Assembly: GCF_006345805.1 (NCBI RefSeq)
Contig: NC_042998.1
Location: 19,096,001-19,160,000 of the forward strand
Length of the DNA stretch: 64,000 nt
Reading direction: 5' to 3'
DNA from: Octopus sinensis
Lineage: Eukaryota
The notes under the pieces are model-generated. The model ran no database searches. It saw only the letters and a program-made list of their open reading frames with translations, and was not told the origin of the DNA. Shown in pieces: positions 1-12,683 of this stretch (position 1 is its first letter; every line of letters starts with the position of its first letter). Both the position numbers and the translations under genes were made by a program.

Positions 1-189
1 TCCATGATAAATAAAATTAATAGCCCCCTATTAAAGGTTACTTTAGATTAATTTGTTTTTAGTTTAGAGTACCATATATATATATTTTTAGTTATATAGT
101 TTAGGCTTTAATTATAGTTAGTATTTAATTGGTATTTCTTTGTTTTGTATTTACTTAATATTTTATTGAGTGTGGGAATGAATATTAGT

Positions 190-1320
190 GTATATATCGA
201 GTTTTGTACGTATGTATATGTATGTGTGAGTGTGTATATGGTTATGTTTGTGGGTGTGTGCATATATGCGTGTGTATTTGTGTGTATTGTGTATGAAACG
301 GGTTTTATCTTTATCTTTATATTTGTATGTATGGATTTCATTTATCATGATTAGTTTAATAAGAATTTTGTATGTAGGTATGGGTGTGTATGTATGTGTG
401 CGTGTGTACAAGTGTAAGTATAGATGCGGGAGTGTATGAGTGCTATGTAATTGAGTGTGATTATTTATGCACTTGTATACATGCAAGTTTTGAAAGTGCG
501 TGTGATTGCACCCGTCTGCGTGTACACACTCATTTATATATATATATTAATATCTATATGAGTTTTCGTTTATTATGGTTGTTTTATTAAAGTATTTGTA
601 GAAAGTTTTGTTTATTCCATTCATAATTTTTTAATTTACGTTCGTTTACTACGCGCAAAGAATTTTATATTCCATTCATAATTTTAATGACGCTCGTTTA
701 CGTAGCGCAAATAATTTTTATATGTTCGGTTCCATGGTAACGTAATTTTGTTTATTGTAATAACGGATAGAGTTTAAATTCACTTCATAATTTGATACTG
801 ATTAGAAGGTTTGTCTATTTTTTTCTCATTATGTTAATCTTGTTACTTATGATAATCTGATTACTTATGGTGTATTTTATATATCGTATTATGTGTAGAA
901 ATGTTGTTTTTCTTTTGTATGTTTATGTATGTGTGAATGTGCGTGCATGTGCGTATTTGTTTGTATCGAGTTTTGTACGTATGTATATGTATGTGTGAGT
1001 GTGTATATGGTTATGTTTGTGGGTGTGTGTATATATGTATGTGTATTTGTGTGTATTGTGTAAGGGGTTGTATCTTTATATTTATACTTGTATGTATGGA
1101 TTTTATTTATCATGATTATTTTAATAATAATTTTTGTATGTAGGTATGGGTGTGTATGTATGTGTGCGTGTGTACAAGTGTAAGTGTAGATGTGAGAGTG
1201 TATGAGTGCTATGTAATTGGGTGTGATTATTTATGCACTTGTATACATGTAAGTTTTGAATGTGCGTGTGATTGCACCCGTCTGCGTGTACACACTCATT
1301 TTATATATATATTAATATAT
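190..1320. repeat. Mosaic of TG-rich sub-repeats (4 copies of a ~150-bp block at ~195, 964, 1366, 2295; block ~340-560 repeated at ~1110-1320)
   Basis: Block tatcgagttttgtacgtatgtatatgtatgtgtgagtgtgtatatggttatgtttgtgggtgtgtg recurs near-identically. Confidence 0.85.
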
Positions 1321-2084
1321 ATATGAGTTTTCGTTTATCATGGTCGTTTTATTAAAGATTGTTTGTATCGAGTTTTGTACGTATGTATATGTATGTGTGA
1401 GTGTGTATATGGTTATGTTTGTGGGTGTGTGTATATATGTGTGTGTATTTGTGTGTATTGAGTTAGGGGTTGTATCGTTATATTTATACTTGTATGTATG
1501 GATTTCATTTCCATTCATAATTTTTTTAAAACGTTTGATATCCACGTGCAAAGAATTGTTCGGTTTTCTTTTGAGCGTTTATGTATGTGTGAATGTGTGT
1601 GTGGGTGTGTGTGATTGTTTGCGTAATTTATTTATCTGTATGGGTGCGGGTGTTTATATATTGGTATATATCGTGTTCTGTATGTATATGTATGTGTGAG
1701 CGGGTATATGTATATTGTTTATGAATGAGTGTTGTATGTGTGTGTGAGGAAGTATGAATAAGTAATGTGTTGAGTGTATGAGCATGTGTGTGTATATATA
1801 GTTTATTTTTTGTTTTTTGTTTTTTTGTTTTTTGTTGTTTGTTTTTTGTTTTTTGCTTGTTGTTTTTTGGTTTTTGTACATCTTTAAATATGAGAACTTT
1901 AATAATAAGTTTTTTTATATTCAATTGTTTATAGGGTTTATTTTAGATTATTTTAGATTATATATTGATTATATATAGATTATATATAGATTATATATTT
2001 TTATTTTTATTTTTATATTCTTTCATTGATAATTTTATTATTTTGAATTATATTTTAAAATATTGATATTTTTAGATCGAAAAT

Positions 2085-2128
2085 CCACCTGAAGAATGTC
2101 AGTAGCAGACAGGAAACAATTGTAGTGG
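2085..2128 (+). ncRNA. Minimal type-I hammerhead ribozyme motif
   Basis: ccac-CTGAAGA-a-tgtc/gaca-g-GAAAC-aatt-GTA-gtgg: stem I ccac/gtgg, palindromic stem III ACAATTGT, A.G mismatch at base of stem II. Confidence 0.75.
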
Positions 2129-2217
2129 CGGTTTATTTAATTTATATTAAAATTTTATGTATTGATTAAGTCTTTCCTTGTTTGATTTTAAAATAGTGGT
2201 TTTGTCTCGAATTATAT

Positions 2218-2253
<36 letters not shown>

Positions 2254-3011
2254 GAGTTTTCGTTTATCATGGTCGTTTTATTAAAGATTGTTTGTATCGA
2301 GTTTTGTACGTATGTATATGTATGTGTGAGTGTGTATATGGTTATGTTTGTGGGTGTGTGTATATATGTGTGTGTATTTGTGTGTATTGAGTTAGGGGTT
2401 GTATCGTTATATTTATACTTGTATGTATGGATTTCATTTCCATTCATAATTTTTTTAAAACGTTTGATATCCACGTGCAAAGAATTGTTCGGTTTTCTTT
2501 TGAGCGTTATGTATGTGTGAATGTGTGTGTGGGTGTGTGTGATTGTTTGCGTAATTTATTTATCTGTATGGGTGCGGGTGTTTATATATTGGTATATATC
2601 GTGTTCTGTATGTATATGTATGTGTGAGCGGGTATATGTATATTGTTTATGAATGAGTGTTGTATGTGTGTGTGAGGAAGTATGAATAAGTAATGTGTTG
2701 AGTGTATGAGCATGTGTGTGTATATATAGTTTATTTTTTGTTTTTTGTTTTTTGTTTTTTGTTGTTTGTTTTTTGTTTTTTGCTTGTTGTTTTTTGGTTT
2801 TTGTACATCTTTAAATATGAGAACTTTAATAATAAGTTTTTTTATATTCAATTGTTTATAGGGTTTATTTTAGATTATTTTAGATTATATATTGATTATA
2901 TATAGATTATATATAGATTATATATTTTTATTTTTATTTTTATATTCTTTCATTGATAATTTTATTATTTTGAATTATATTTTAAAATATTGATATTTTT
3001 AGATCGAAAAT

Positions 3012-3055
3012 CCACCTGAAGAATGTCAGTAGCAGACAGGAAACAATTGTAGTGG
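3012..3055 (+). ncRNA. Minimal type-I hammerhead ribozyme motif (second tandem copy)
   Basis: Identical to 2085-2128. Confidence 0.75.
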
Positions 3056-3139
3056 CGGTTTATTTAATTTATATTAAAATTTTATGTATTGATTAAGTCT
3101 TTCCTTGTTTGATTTTAAAATAGTGGTTTTGTCTCGAAT

Positions 3140-3198
<59 letters not shown>

Positions 3199-4428
3199 GT
3201 GCGTGTGTGTGTGCGTGTGAGTGTGTGTGTATCACAGCTAGTAGTGGTAAGGTGGGTATAGTCATTTTTAGTATGAGTTTTTCAGGGAGGGTGGATTCAT
3301 GCAGTGATTCTTATTTTGCTTATATATATATATATATATAAATATACGGTATGTCTACAGTTGTGTGTTTGAGAGTATGGTCCAAATTTCGGAGGTGAAA
3401 GCTTGTATTAATAGTTTTGATAGTGGCTGGTACTAAAAATAGTAAAGCTCTACGTAGTGACCAAAAAACTGTATTATTTTCTGTTATTTTTCCGATATAT
3501 ACTAGCTGAGGTATCCGATAATTCCCGGGAAAGCGGGGTTTATCCCTTGCTTCCGTCCTCATAATTGTTTCGCTAATCCAATAACAGCAATACAAAGTAT
3601 GTAACCTCGAAAAGGGCTTTAATGCGTTCCCATAGTATATAAAACTTAGGAGGAAATACTAATAATGTATGTATAATGAAATCGTGAAGCATGTTACGTA
3701 ATAATTGACTTATCAAATATGAGATAATAACAATTCAAAGTAAGTAACTCCGAAAAAACCTTTGTGCGTTGCCAGGGAATATTGTCCTTAGTGTTAGTAT
3801 ATTAGTGAATAAGTCACTAAACGAAATAAGTGGATCTATTGTTTAGGAAAATAGTATTTACTTGTTTAATGGTTATAATGGATAAATTGCAAAAATAATT
3901 CTAACAGTTCAAATACTAAGAATTAAGCAGACTCAATTTGATTTATACCAAATAATTTAGGAAAATGGAGGGTTTTTTCCCCTTGGCTATAAATATAAGG
4001 ATCCCTTCCAGGTGAGGCGTATAATCGATGTTTTTTCAACAATCTGAGTATACGATGCGGTTTCCAGACATGAGTTTTACTCACGTATAAAGTTTCATCA
4101 AAATCGATAAAATGATTAGGAATTAGCCTACGACTCTACAGATACACATACAGACAGAATTTCCTACATGTGTTTGTGTCTGTGTGTATGGATGTAAATA
4201 AATATATATATATATATATTATATGTGTATGTGTGTGTTTGTGTGTTGTATTTCGGGATGGTCCTCTTTCTTTTCTTGAAGATGCGTATCCTTATGTGCG
4301 CATGCGTTTATGTCCTTGTGTGTATGGTGTGAGTGTATTAGCCTGTATGTTTCTGTGTATTATTTACATTTATTTCTTCACTATTTCCCCCTTTTCTGCC
4401 TCTCTCTTCTCATCCCAACTGTATTTAG

Positions 4429-5720
4429 TTATGTGGTGTGATGGTGGGTGTTACTGTTCGATTCGTGTTTTCTGCTGAGGCCCGGTATGTCTACTGTTAT
4501 GTGTGTAGTTTCTCTGATCTGTCTAATTGTCATGGCATTTCTATGTGCCAATAGTACTTTAAAATCTATGTTATTAATCGAGCCTTCATATTCTGTCTGA
4601 GCATGTTGGTAGAGTACTGGCGATCTTTTCCCTTCTTTAGGCTCTCGCCAATGTCCCCCTATACGTTCTCCTATGCTGCGTGCAGTCTCTTCAATGTAGG
4701 TACTTGTCATGTTTCTGTACATTGTAAGCTATAGACTACATTCCTAATCTTACAGTTACACTTTGGGTACATCCTACATACAAAAAATTGTACGCTGTAC
4801 AGGTGGACTTATCAAAGGGTTAGGTATTGCAGATTAGGGATTTTAAAGGCAACCGGACCTCTCTACTAAATTAATTCGCAGATTAGCCTTACTTTGTTTT
4901 CTAAAAAGGTTTGCTAGTTCGCAGCCATCAATATGACACGAGCTGGCAGAAACGTTAGCACGTCGGGCGAAATGCTTTGTGGTATTTCGTCTGTCGTTAC
5001 GTTGTGAGTTCAAATTTCGCCGAGGCCGACTTTGCCTTTCATCCTTTCGGGGTCGATAAATTAAGTACCAGTTACGCACTGGGGTCGATGTAATCGACTT
5101 AATCCGTTTGTCTGTCCTTGTTTGTCCCCTCTGTGTTTAGCCCCTTGTGGGTAGTAAAGAAATAGGTATTTCGTCTGCCGCTGCGTTCTGAGTTCAAATT
5201 CCGCCGAGGTCGACTTTGCCTTTCATCCTTTCGGGGTCGATAAATTAAGTACCAGTTACGCTCTGGGGTCGATGTAATCGATTAATACCTATGTCTGTCC
5301 TTGTTTGTCCCCTCTGTGTTTAGCCCCTTGTGGGTAATAAAGAAATAGGTATTTTTGTTGTCATACCAAGTGTTGGCCTTATTTATCTTATTACTGGTCT
5401 TTTCCGTGCTGTGACAGGATTTACTCCTGTACAGCAGGAAGATCCCCTTAGCATCACTCTGTATGATGGCTTTTTCTTAGTCCTGGCTCCTTTGTACACT
5501 CTAATCCTGTCCCTTTGGTTGTATCCAGAGAACTGCATATGGTGGATGATGTATTGTATGTGTCTTTCCAATTGCATAAGGTCGCATATGCGAGACACAT
5601 TCTTCATCACTCTCACCAAGTCAGCTATAAGAATTTTGAACTTGGCATTGACCGCAATCGCTGCGTTCCTGTGAACAAAGTACTTAGAGGCCATAGGTTT
5701 AGCATAACAAATGGTCATAA
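4429..5720 (-). mobile_element. Penelope-like retroelement relic (RT thumb, linker, GIY-YIG endonuclease), 5'-truncated, frameshifted, split by a SINE insertion
   Basis: Minus-strand peptides YAKPMASKYFVHRNAA...MQFSGYNQRDR, LYRSK...NTWYDNK, ELANLFRKQSKANLRINLVERSG, CKIRNVVYSLQC, YIEETARSIGERIGGH...RQIRE match PLE motif order. Confidence 0.8.
4938..5352 (+). mobile_element. tRNA-derived SINE family A (cgagctggcagaaacgttagc head), with tandem second body from ~5165
   Basis: Box A/B-like head (gagttcaaattcc), same sequence repeated at 6285, 9428 and 38059. Confidence 0.85.
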
Positions 5721-5974
5721 GAATGTCGACAACACAGCTAACAACAACAGCAGCAACGGCGGTGCCAATGATAGCAATGAGAAGAATAAAAACTACCACG
5801 ATGCCAACACCGTGAGCGAACACACATACACAGGGGAAGACAAGAACTGTACCATTTTCTTTTTTCCTTTTCTTTTTTTTTCGCGTCTTAGAACAGCAGC
5901 AGCACAATGGGCTGAGAGGATGAGGCTGAGGGGAAGGCCAAACTGTTGCTAAAAATTACGAAATACACACAAGA

Positions 5975-6012
<38 letters not shown>

Positions 6013-6284
6013 GGACACAAACGCATGCGCACATAAAGATACACATCTTAGAAGTAGAGCGTGAAGTAAGTGGAGAAAGAGAGCATATGCAAGCGGAAAA
6101 CGTCGCTGAATAGGCCACAGTTGGGTGACGGAAGACATCTGGACAATGAACACGAATTAAAATAGTATAATAAGAACAATGATAAATGAGGGAAGAAAAA
6201 AATATTTATATACTGGGACTTCACATGTCCCCGAATATATATGCATGTGTGTCTGTTTAGTTGGTAAATAAAAAAAGAGAAGGC

Positions 6285-6810
6285 GGCGAGCTGGTAGAAA
6301 CATTAGCACGCCGGGCGAAATGCTTCGCGGTATTTCGTCTGCCGCTACGTTCTGAGTTCAAATTCCACCGAGGTCGACTTTGCCTTTCATCCTTTCGGGG
6401 TCGATTAAATAAGTACCACTTGCGCACTGGGGTCGATATAATCGACTTAATCCTTTTGTCTGTCCTTGTTTGTCCTCTCCGTGTTTAGCCCATTGTGGGT
6501 AGTAAAGAAAATGGTATTTCATCAGCCGCTACGTTCTGAGTTCAAAATCCGCCGAGGTCGACTTTGCTTTTCATCCTTTAGGAGCAGCGAGTGTATGTGG
6601 TTGACTCTCTGTAGGGGTCGATAAATTAAGTACCAGTTACGCCCTGGGGGTCGATATAATCGACTCGATCCGTTTGTCTGTCCTTGTTTGTTCCTTCTGT
6701 ATTTAGCCGCTTGTGGGTAGTAAAGAAATAAGTATTTTGTCTGCCGCGACTTTCTGAGTTCAAATTCCGCCGAGGTCAATTTTGCCTAAGTACCAGTTGC
6801 ATACCGGAGT
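6285..6810 (+). mobile_element. SINE family A, three tandem bodies
   Basis: Body re-initiates at gtatttcgtctgccg at ~6513 and ~6733. Confidence 0.85.
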
Positions 6811-7290
6811 CGATCCAAGCAAGTGCCCCGCCCCGCTGCATGCAAATTTCGGACTTTGTGCCTAGAGTAGAAAAGGTTTGGCCCAAAAAAGAAGAAAATA
6901 TGACCATCTCGAAATACAATATCAGTTTCAACACACGATATCACATCAGGAATCTTGCAAACCGAATTGCTAAACGCATATATATATATAGTTAAAATTA
7001 ACAGAAAAGCAAAAGACAAAGGCAGGTGTATAAACAGAAAACAAGTGTTTTCACGCACGGAAAGGTGAAAAAGTCTTTTACGTTACGCACCTACACTATT
7101 CAACAGAAAGGAACACGAAGAAATAAATAGAGAGAGAATAAAAAATCTTTTGCAGCTAGCGGTCACTCATATATGGTGGCAGCGGTGTATAATCTGTGTT
7201 AAAAAAATATTGTACTGCGCTTTACAAAGCTCTTTTACATATATCGGCTACCTAATGCTATCATGCAATTGGGACTTCTCATGTTACCGA

Positions 7291-7330
<40 letters not shown>

Positions 7331-8008
7331 ATGAGTGTGTATGTGTGTGTGTGTTTGTGTGTGCGTGTTTTTGCCCGTATATGTGTATGTGTATATGCGT
7401 ATTTATAAATTCATCAATATCCGTACAATTTATGCAAAATTACTAATAACACAAGATAGGTTAAACATATTAAGACGCTATGTTAATTACTACTATTCAC
7501 CAATACCACTACTGGTAGACGCATTTCATCAGATTTGTACTTTTAGAATTTGTTAAATCAAACCATCATTTCACATAAATACAAACCCACACCAAAACGC
7601 TATTAGTAGCAAACTATAAACAAACAACGAGAATAGAAATGGAGGAAATCAGAAAACAAAGAGCGCTCAATCTGCATACTAATTACACCATAAACTACAA
7701 GCTTATTGACCTTGGCTAGAATTGTAGGAAATATAAAAATAACCACTACAAGAAAAAAAACATAAACATAAAACTAGTTGTTAATTAACTATTTTTTATG
7801 TTTGTCACGCTTCGTCGTTAAAGAGTGCCAACCATATACACTCGCTGCTCCAACACATCAGGTTACTTCACGGGTTATTTCACACACACACACACACACA
7901 CAGATGCATATATGCGAGTATGGGTGTAAGTTTCTGCGATGCTAAAACCACAGAGGCACAAACAAACTCACACGCACATATGCATCTATGTATGTATGTA
8001 TAAATAGT

Positions 8009-8380
8009 GGAGGCGCAGTGGCCCAATGGTTAGGGCAACGGACTCGCGGTCATAGGATCGCGGTTTCGATTCCCAGACCGGGCGTTGTGAGTGTTTATTG
8101 AGCGAAAACACCTAAACGCTCCACGAGGCTCCGGCAGGGGGTGGTGGTGATCCCTGCTGTACTCTTTCGCTACAACTTTCTCTCACTCTTACTTCCTGTT
8201 TCTGTTGTACCTGTATTTCAAGGGGCCGGCCTTGTCACTCTCTGTGTCACGCTGAATATCCCCGAGAACTACGTTCAGGGTGCTCAGCCACTTACACGTT
8301 AATTTCACGAGTAGGCTGTTCCGTTGATTCGGATCAACAGGAACCTTCATCGTCGTAACCGACGGAGTGCTTCCATTCCA
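8009..8380 (+). mobile_element. tRNA-derived SINE family C (ggaggcgcagtggcccaatggttagggc head)
   Basis: tRNA-like head with gtttcgattcc box B; shared body with copies at 12684, 44998 and 61022. Confidence 0.85.
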
Positions 8381-8382
8381 TG

Positions 8383-8554
8383 TATAAATAATTTACAAAA
8401 TGAGGGCAGAAGAAATTTTCTAATGCCAAATATGCCGAAAAAAAGACAAAAATTGTCAATAACCATTGTATTGACAATTGACAATTTTTGTCTTTTTTTC
8501 GGCATATTTGGCATTAGAAATTTTCTTCTGCCCTCATTTAGTAAATTATTTATA
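8383..8554. repeat. Near-perfect inverted repeat (~78-bp arms, 16-nt spacer)
   Basis: 8383-8460 is the reverse complement of 8477-8554 with about 2 mismatches. Confidence 0.9.
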
Positions 8555-8635
8555 AATTTAACCTTTAGAGGTATTTTTTGACATGCTGGCCATTGATAAA
8601 AATTTTTTCCCGAAAAAAATTTTATCCTACATTAG

Positions 8636-8935
8636 TTATGTATGTATGTATGTATATATGTATGTATGTATATATGTATGTATGTATGTATGTGTATATG
8701 TATGTATGTATGTATGCATGCATGTATGTATGTATGTATGTATGTATGTGTGTATGTGTGTATGTATGTATGTATGTATGTATGTGTATGTATGTATGTA
8801 TGCATCTATGTATGTACGTATGTATGTGTGTATGTATGTATGTATGCATCTATGTATGTATGTGTGTATGCATGCATGTATGTATGCATGTATGCATTTA
8901 TGTATGTATGTGTGTATGTATGTATGTATGTATGT
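8636..8935. repeat. (TATG)n microsatellite
   Basis: Direct inspection. Confidence 0.95.
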
Positions 8936-9427
8936 GCTACTTTATACCAGATCAACATTGTTCATTAAATGCAATCGTATGGACAAAATTCTTTCCCAGT
9001 ACTGAAGGGCAGTTACCTCTCCGGTTTGAGAAGCTACCTTGCAGGCTTTGCCGCCTCCACGCTTCACTGAATGACTCTACACCAATTTACTTAATCATGG
9101 CTTCTACGTTGCTTTAATTTCTTTTCTTTTTCTGATTTTATTCACCTTTCCATTTTTTTGCGTCAACCTTCTTGTTTTTTCCTCGTTTACTCTCCTCATT
9201 GTTAGTCATGTACCAGCGCCCTGATTTTCAATTTGAGCATCCCATATGCTTAGACACTCGAGGCTGCTTGGAGAGAAGGTGTCTATCGCTAACTATTAGT
9301 AACACTTAACATGATATTGTGTACATTAAATGATATATCATTCACACTGGATGGAGTGCATCTTCGTTCACCTTATTTTAACTGGACAGTAAACTGTATA
9401 TATTCATACGCTTATAAGTATATACAT

Positions 9428-9672
9428 GCGGCGAGCTGGCGAAGGTGGCGAGCTGGCAGAAACGTTAGCACGCCGGGCGAAATGCGTAGCCGTATTTCGT
9501 CTGTCGTTACGTTGTGAGTTCAGATTCCGCCGAGGTGGACTTTGCCTTTCATCCTTTCGGGGTCGATAAATAAAGTACTAGTTACGCACTAGGTTCGATG
9601 TAATCGACTTAATCCCTTTGTCTGTCCTTGTTTGTCTCGTCTATGTTTAACCCCTTGTGGGCAATAAAGAAG
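9428..9672 (+). mobile_element. SINE family A with duplicated head
   Basis: ggcgagctggcgaaggtggcgagctggcagaaacgttagc... Confidence 0.85.
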
Positions 9673-9721
9673 TATATATATGCATACACATGCACACAAA
9701 CATATTCTTTTATTTATTTAT

Positions 9722-9860
9722 TGTTTCACTTGTTTCAGCCAAATGACAGCGGCCATGCTGGAGTACCGCCTGAAAGTTTTCTAGTCGAAATAATTGGCGT
9801 CTTGACTTATTCTCTGTTAGTCTAGTATTTACTCTATCGTCTCTTATTTGCGGCAGTAGT
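9722..9860 (-). mobile_element. SINE family B 3' fragment
   Basis: cttgtttcagccaaatgacagcggccatgctggagtaccgcc matches family B tail in reverse. Confidence 0.65.
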
Positions 9861-9918
9861 TTGATTGCTGACAATGTCTCTGCCACATCTTGGTCCAACT
9901 TCCAATGATGAATATAAA

Positions 9919-10001
9919 ACTACTACTACTACTAACTACTACTACTACTACTACTGCTACTGCTGGTACCACCGCTGCTGCTGCTGCTGCTACTACTACT
10001 T

Positions 10002-10039
<38 letters not shown>

Positions 10040-10054
10040 GCTGTTGCTGCTACT
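9919..10054. repeat. (CTA)n/(CTG)n trinucleotide microsatellite
   Basis: Direct inspection. Confidence 0.95.
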
Positions 10055-10337
10055 ACCGTGTTTCCCGTATGTGATAGTCTATTATTTGTTTACAAATTTC
10101 CATATTAATCGAATTTAATTCTTTCACGAAGATAACTGAAATCAACAAATAATTTTCCTGTATTTTCATGACACGAGAAAAATGACCTTCTGTTTTATTT
10201 AAAGACTGTCAATAAAAATAAGCAAAAAATATCGCTATCTATGCAAATCATGTACAAGTGCTATTATAACTGAATGTCTATAAATTGAAAGTGACTTTAC
10301 TCGTGAAAATAAGAAACACTACTCTAAAATTGTTATA

Positions 10338-11205
10338 CGTTGACTGATCAATAAGTATCCGGACTGTAGTCATAGTAATGAAGCTTAAGCATGCAGAGAT
10401 GAGCCCCTCGGTAGAGATTGAACTTAAAATATCCTGTGCATGCGTACTAAATTTCAACGTTCTAACTTACTTCTAATGTTTACAATAGTGCTTGGGATTA
10501 ATGTGCGTACCATGTGATCGTCGCATTGAACATGACGGAGAAAGTTCAGCAGATAATCTGTACCAAATGTTGTCAAAACCATGGTAATACCTGCTCATAA
10601 GCCTATGCAAATTTTCGAAAAGTTTCCATTGTTCTCGACACAATCAAGAAGATACTGTGTAATTGAAACCCGTGTGTCCTTTGGGTAAGCTGAAAGCAAT
10701 TTTGTCACAAATTTCGCAGACACGCATCCCATACCCATTCCTCAATGAAAATGAACTGAACTGAATCGTAATTAATCTGCACATCCTCTGATGATTCACA
10801 GATGGTGATTCGACGATTTCCCAGCTTCAGGAACATCCGCAATGTTTTTCTCAGTTCTGCTGCTTACGGGTCTCCGAGAAAATTCGTCAATATCGGCATA
10901 TTTTCGTTTCTCTCTTCGAAACATGTGACCTGCTTGTAGATTTGTGTATAGATCATACACTTCCTGCAACTTTGTGCAGACCACTAACCAGGTACCGCCA
11001 TGACAACTTTGCCATCGTCAATGCGATGATAACACGATACGCAATTTATTTCCACTCATCGCTCTAAACAGCGGTAGTGAGGTAGAACGTTAAACCTTTG
11101 TGTGCTTGCACAGCAGAGTTCAAGATCAATCTGTGCCAAGCTGCTTTACTCTGCGTGCTTTAATTTCGTTACTATGGCAATAGTCCGGATACTTATTGAT
11201 CAGTG
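10338..11205. mobile_element. Non-autonomous mariner-derived element built from two inverted 5' ends
   Basis: TIR ctgatcaataagtatccggact at both ends; MTEKVQQIICTKCCQNHG on + and KLQEVY...SRRPVSSRTEKN on -, both mariner N-terminal-like. Confidence 0.75.
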
Positions 11206-12683
11206 ATCAGATCTAGTACGAACAGAAACATACTTCTACGCGTATGTGTTTTGTATATATTCATATATACATAATTCTTTCTAAATTTAGCACACATCCA
11301 GTAATGTTCAGAGAGGGGAATTTGAGTACATCGATACCTATTATGAACTGGTATTTATTTTACGAACCCCGAAGGGAGGAATGGTGAAGTCAACATTGGT
11401 GGAATTTCAACTCAAAGCAAATCAGAAGAAATGCCACTAACCATTTTGTCTGGAATGCTCTTGATTCCACCAACTCGCAACATTTTATGCATACATAATA
11501 GATTTATACACACACACACACACACACACAGACATACATACATTCATACATACATTCATACATACATTCATACATATATATATATATATATATACATATA
11601 CATGCATCCACCTAGTAACTTATTCTCACATCTTACAGTAGTCCAAAATTGAGGCCATTTTAAAGCCACAGTCTAATGGGGGGTCGCGTGATGAGCCAGA
11701 AAGGAAATAATCCTTTTAATCAATCAATGTTCATTTAGCCATAAATATTTATAATTTTACACTCGAATTCCAAGATGGAATTATGACAATGAATAATATT
11801 ATGAAGAGTGTATCTTCTAACTCATATTTAAAGACATACCGACAGAAGATATTAGTCGAAAAAGCTTCGCAGATTTTTGGAATACAGAATTTTCAGAGTA
11901 TCTCAGGTATTCTTTGCATTTATTCGTTTAGCTAAATTGAGTTATGTTTTATTTAAATATTCTTGGTACAAATGTCTGATTTGTTTCTCTTTTTTACTTC
12001 AGTATAAAGGAAATTTTCTTTATTTAATTATGCTTGTGTTCCTGTATCTCCAGAGAGTTAAACTGAAAATAAATTCATAACAAAGAATTGATTTTTCGAA
12101 ATATTGGCAAAATAATATTAAAAAAAAAAGCAGCCACATTAAGAAAAGCATTAAAGCAATCTAATTTAATTATATGGTCTGGATGGTTCATTAAATTTGT
12201 AGAAATAACATTGCGAATTAAATTTAAATGTAGCAACCATGACGAAAGATCTTATGAATATGAAAATATCCGTACCTATAAACAGAACACATTTAACGAT
12301 TGAAACATTTTGTAAAAGTTCCCCCGTACTGTATTTGTTTATTTTACCAAATCTCTGGTCATTTTAGCGTTTATATATTTACGAGGGCAGCAGAATGGTA
12401 GAAATGATACAAATTAAAAAAACATTTTTTAAATGATACATTTAATGACATTACATTCTTTTATTTCGGGAGCGGTTGCCGCTAGAGATACACACATACA
12501 CCCATTAACACAGTGTTATACACGCATATACACATGTGCACACGCACATATGTAGAAGTAGTATCATGCTTTGTGTGGGGGTTTATACCTTTGAATTAAC
12601 GCAACATAATAGCTTTCACGACTATTAACCTAGTTAAACTATTGACTATTTACCTAATGGTATTCGCTGAAGATGACATTCTA

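Larger units (their letters stand above)
1322..3150 (+). repeat. Tandem duplication of a ~927-929-bp unit, each carrying a hammerhead ribozyme (PLE pLTR-like / retrozyme-like)
   Basis: Units start at tatgagttttcgtttatcatgg (1322, 2251), end at gtctcgaattatatt+(TA)n, and are nearly identical. Confidence 0.9.

Noticed and set aside
5720-5907. Transmembrane-like stretch at the start of ORF 5383-5907
   Set aside because: It derives from low-complexity (AAC/AGC) flank fused in frame to the PLE relic.
8009-8082. tRNA-like sequences at SINE heads (also 38760, 44998 and others)
   Set aside because: They continue into multi-copy SINE bodies and do not form complete cloverleaves.
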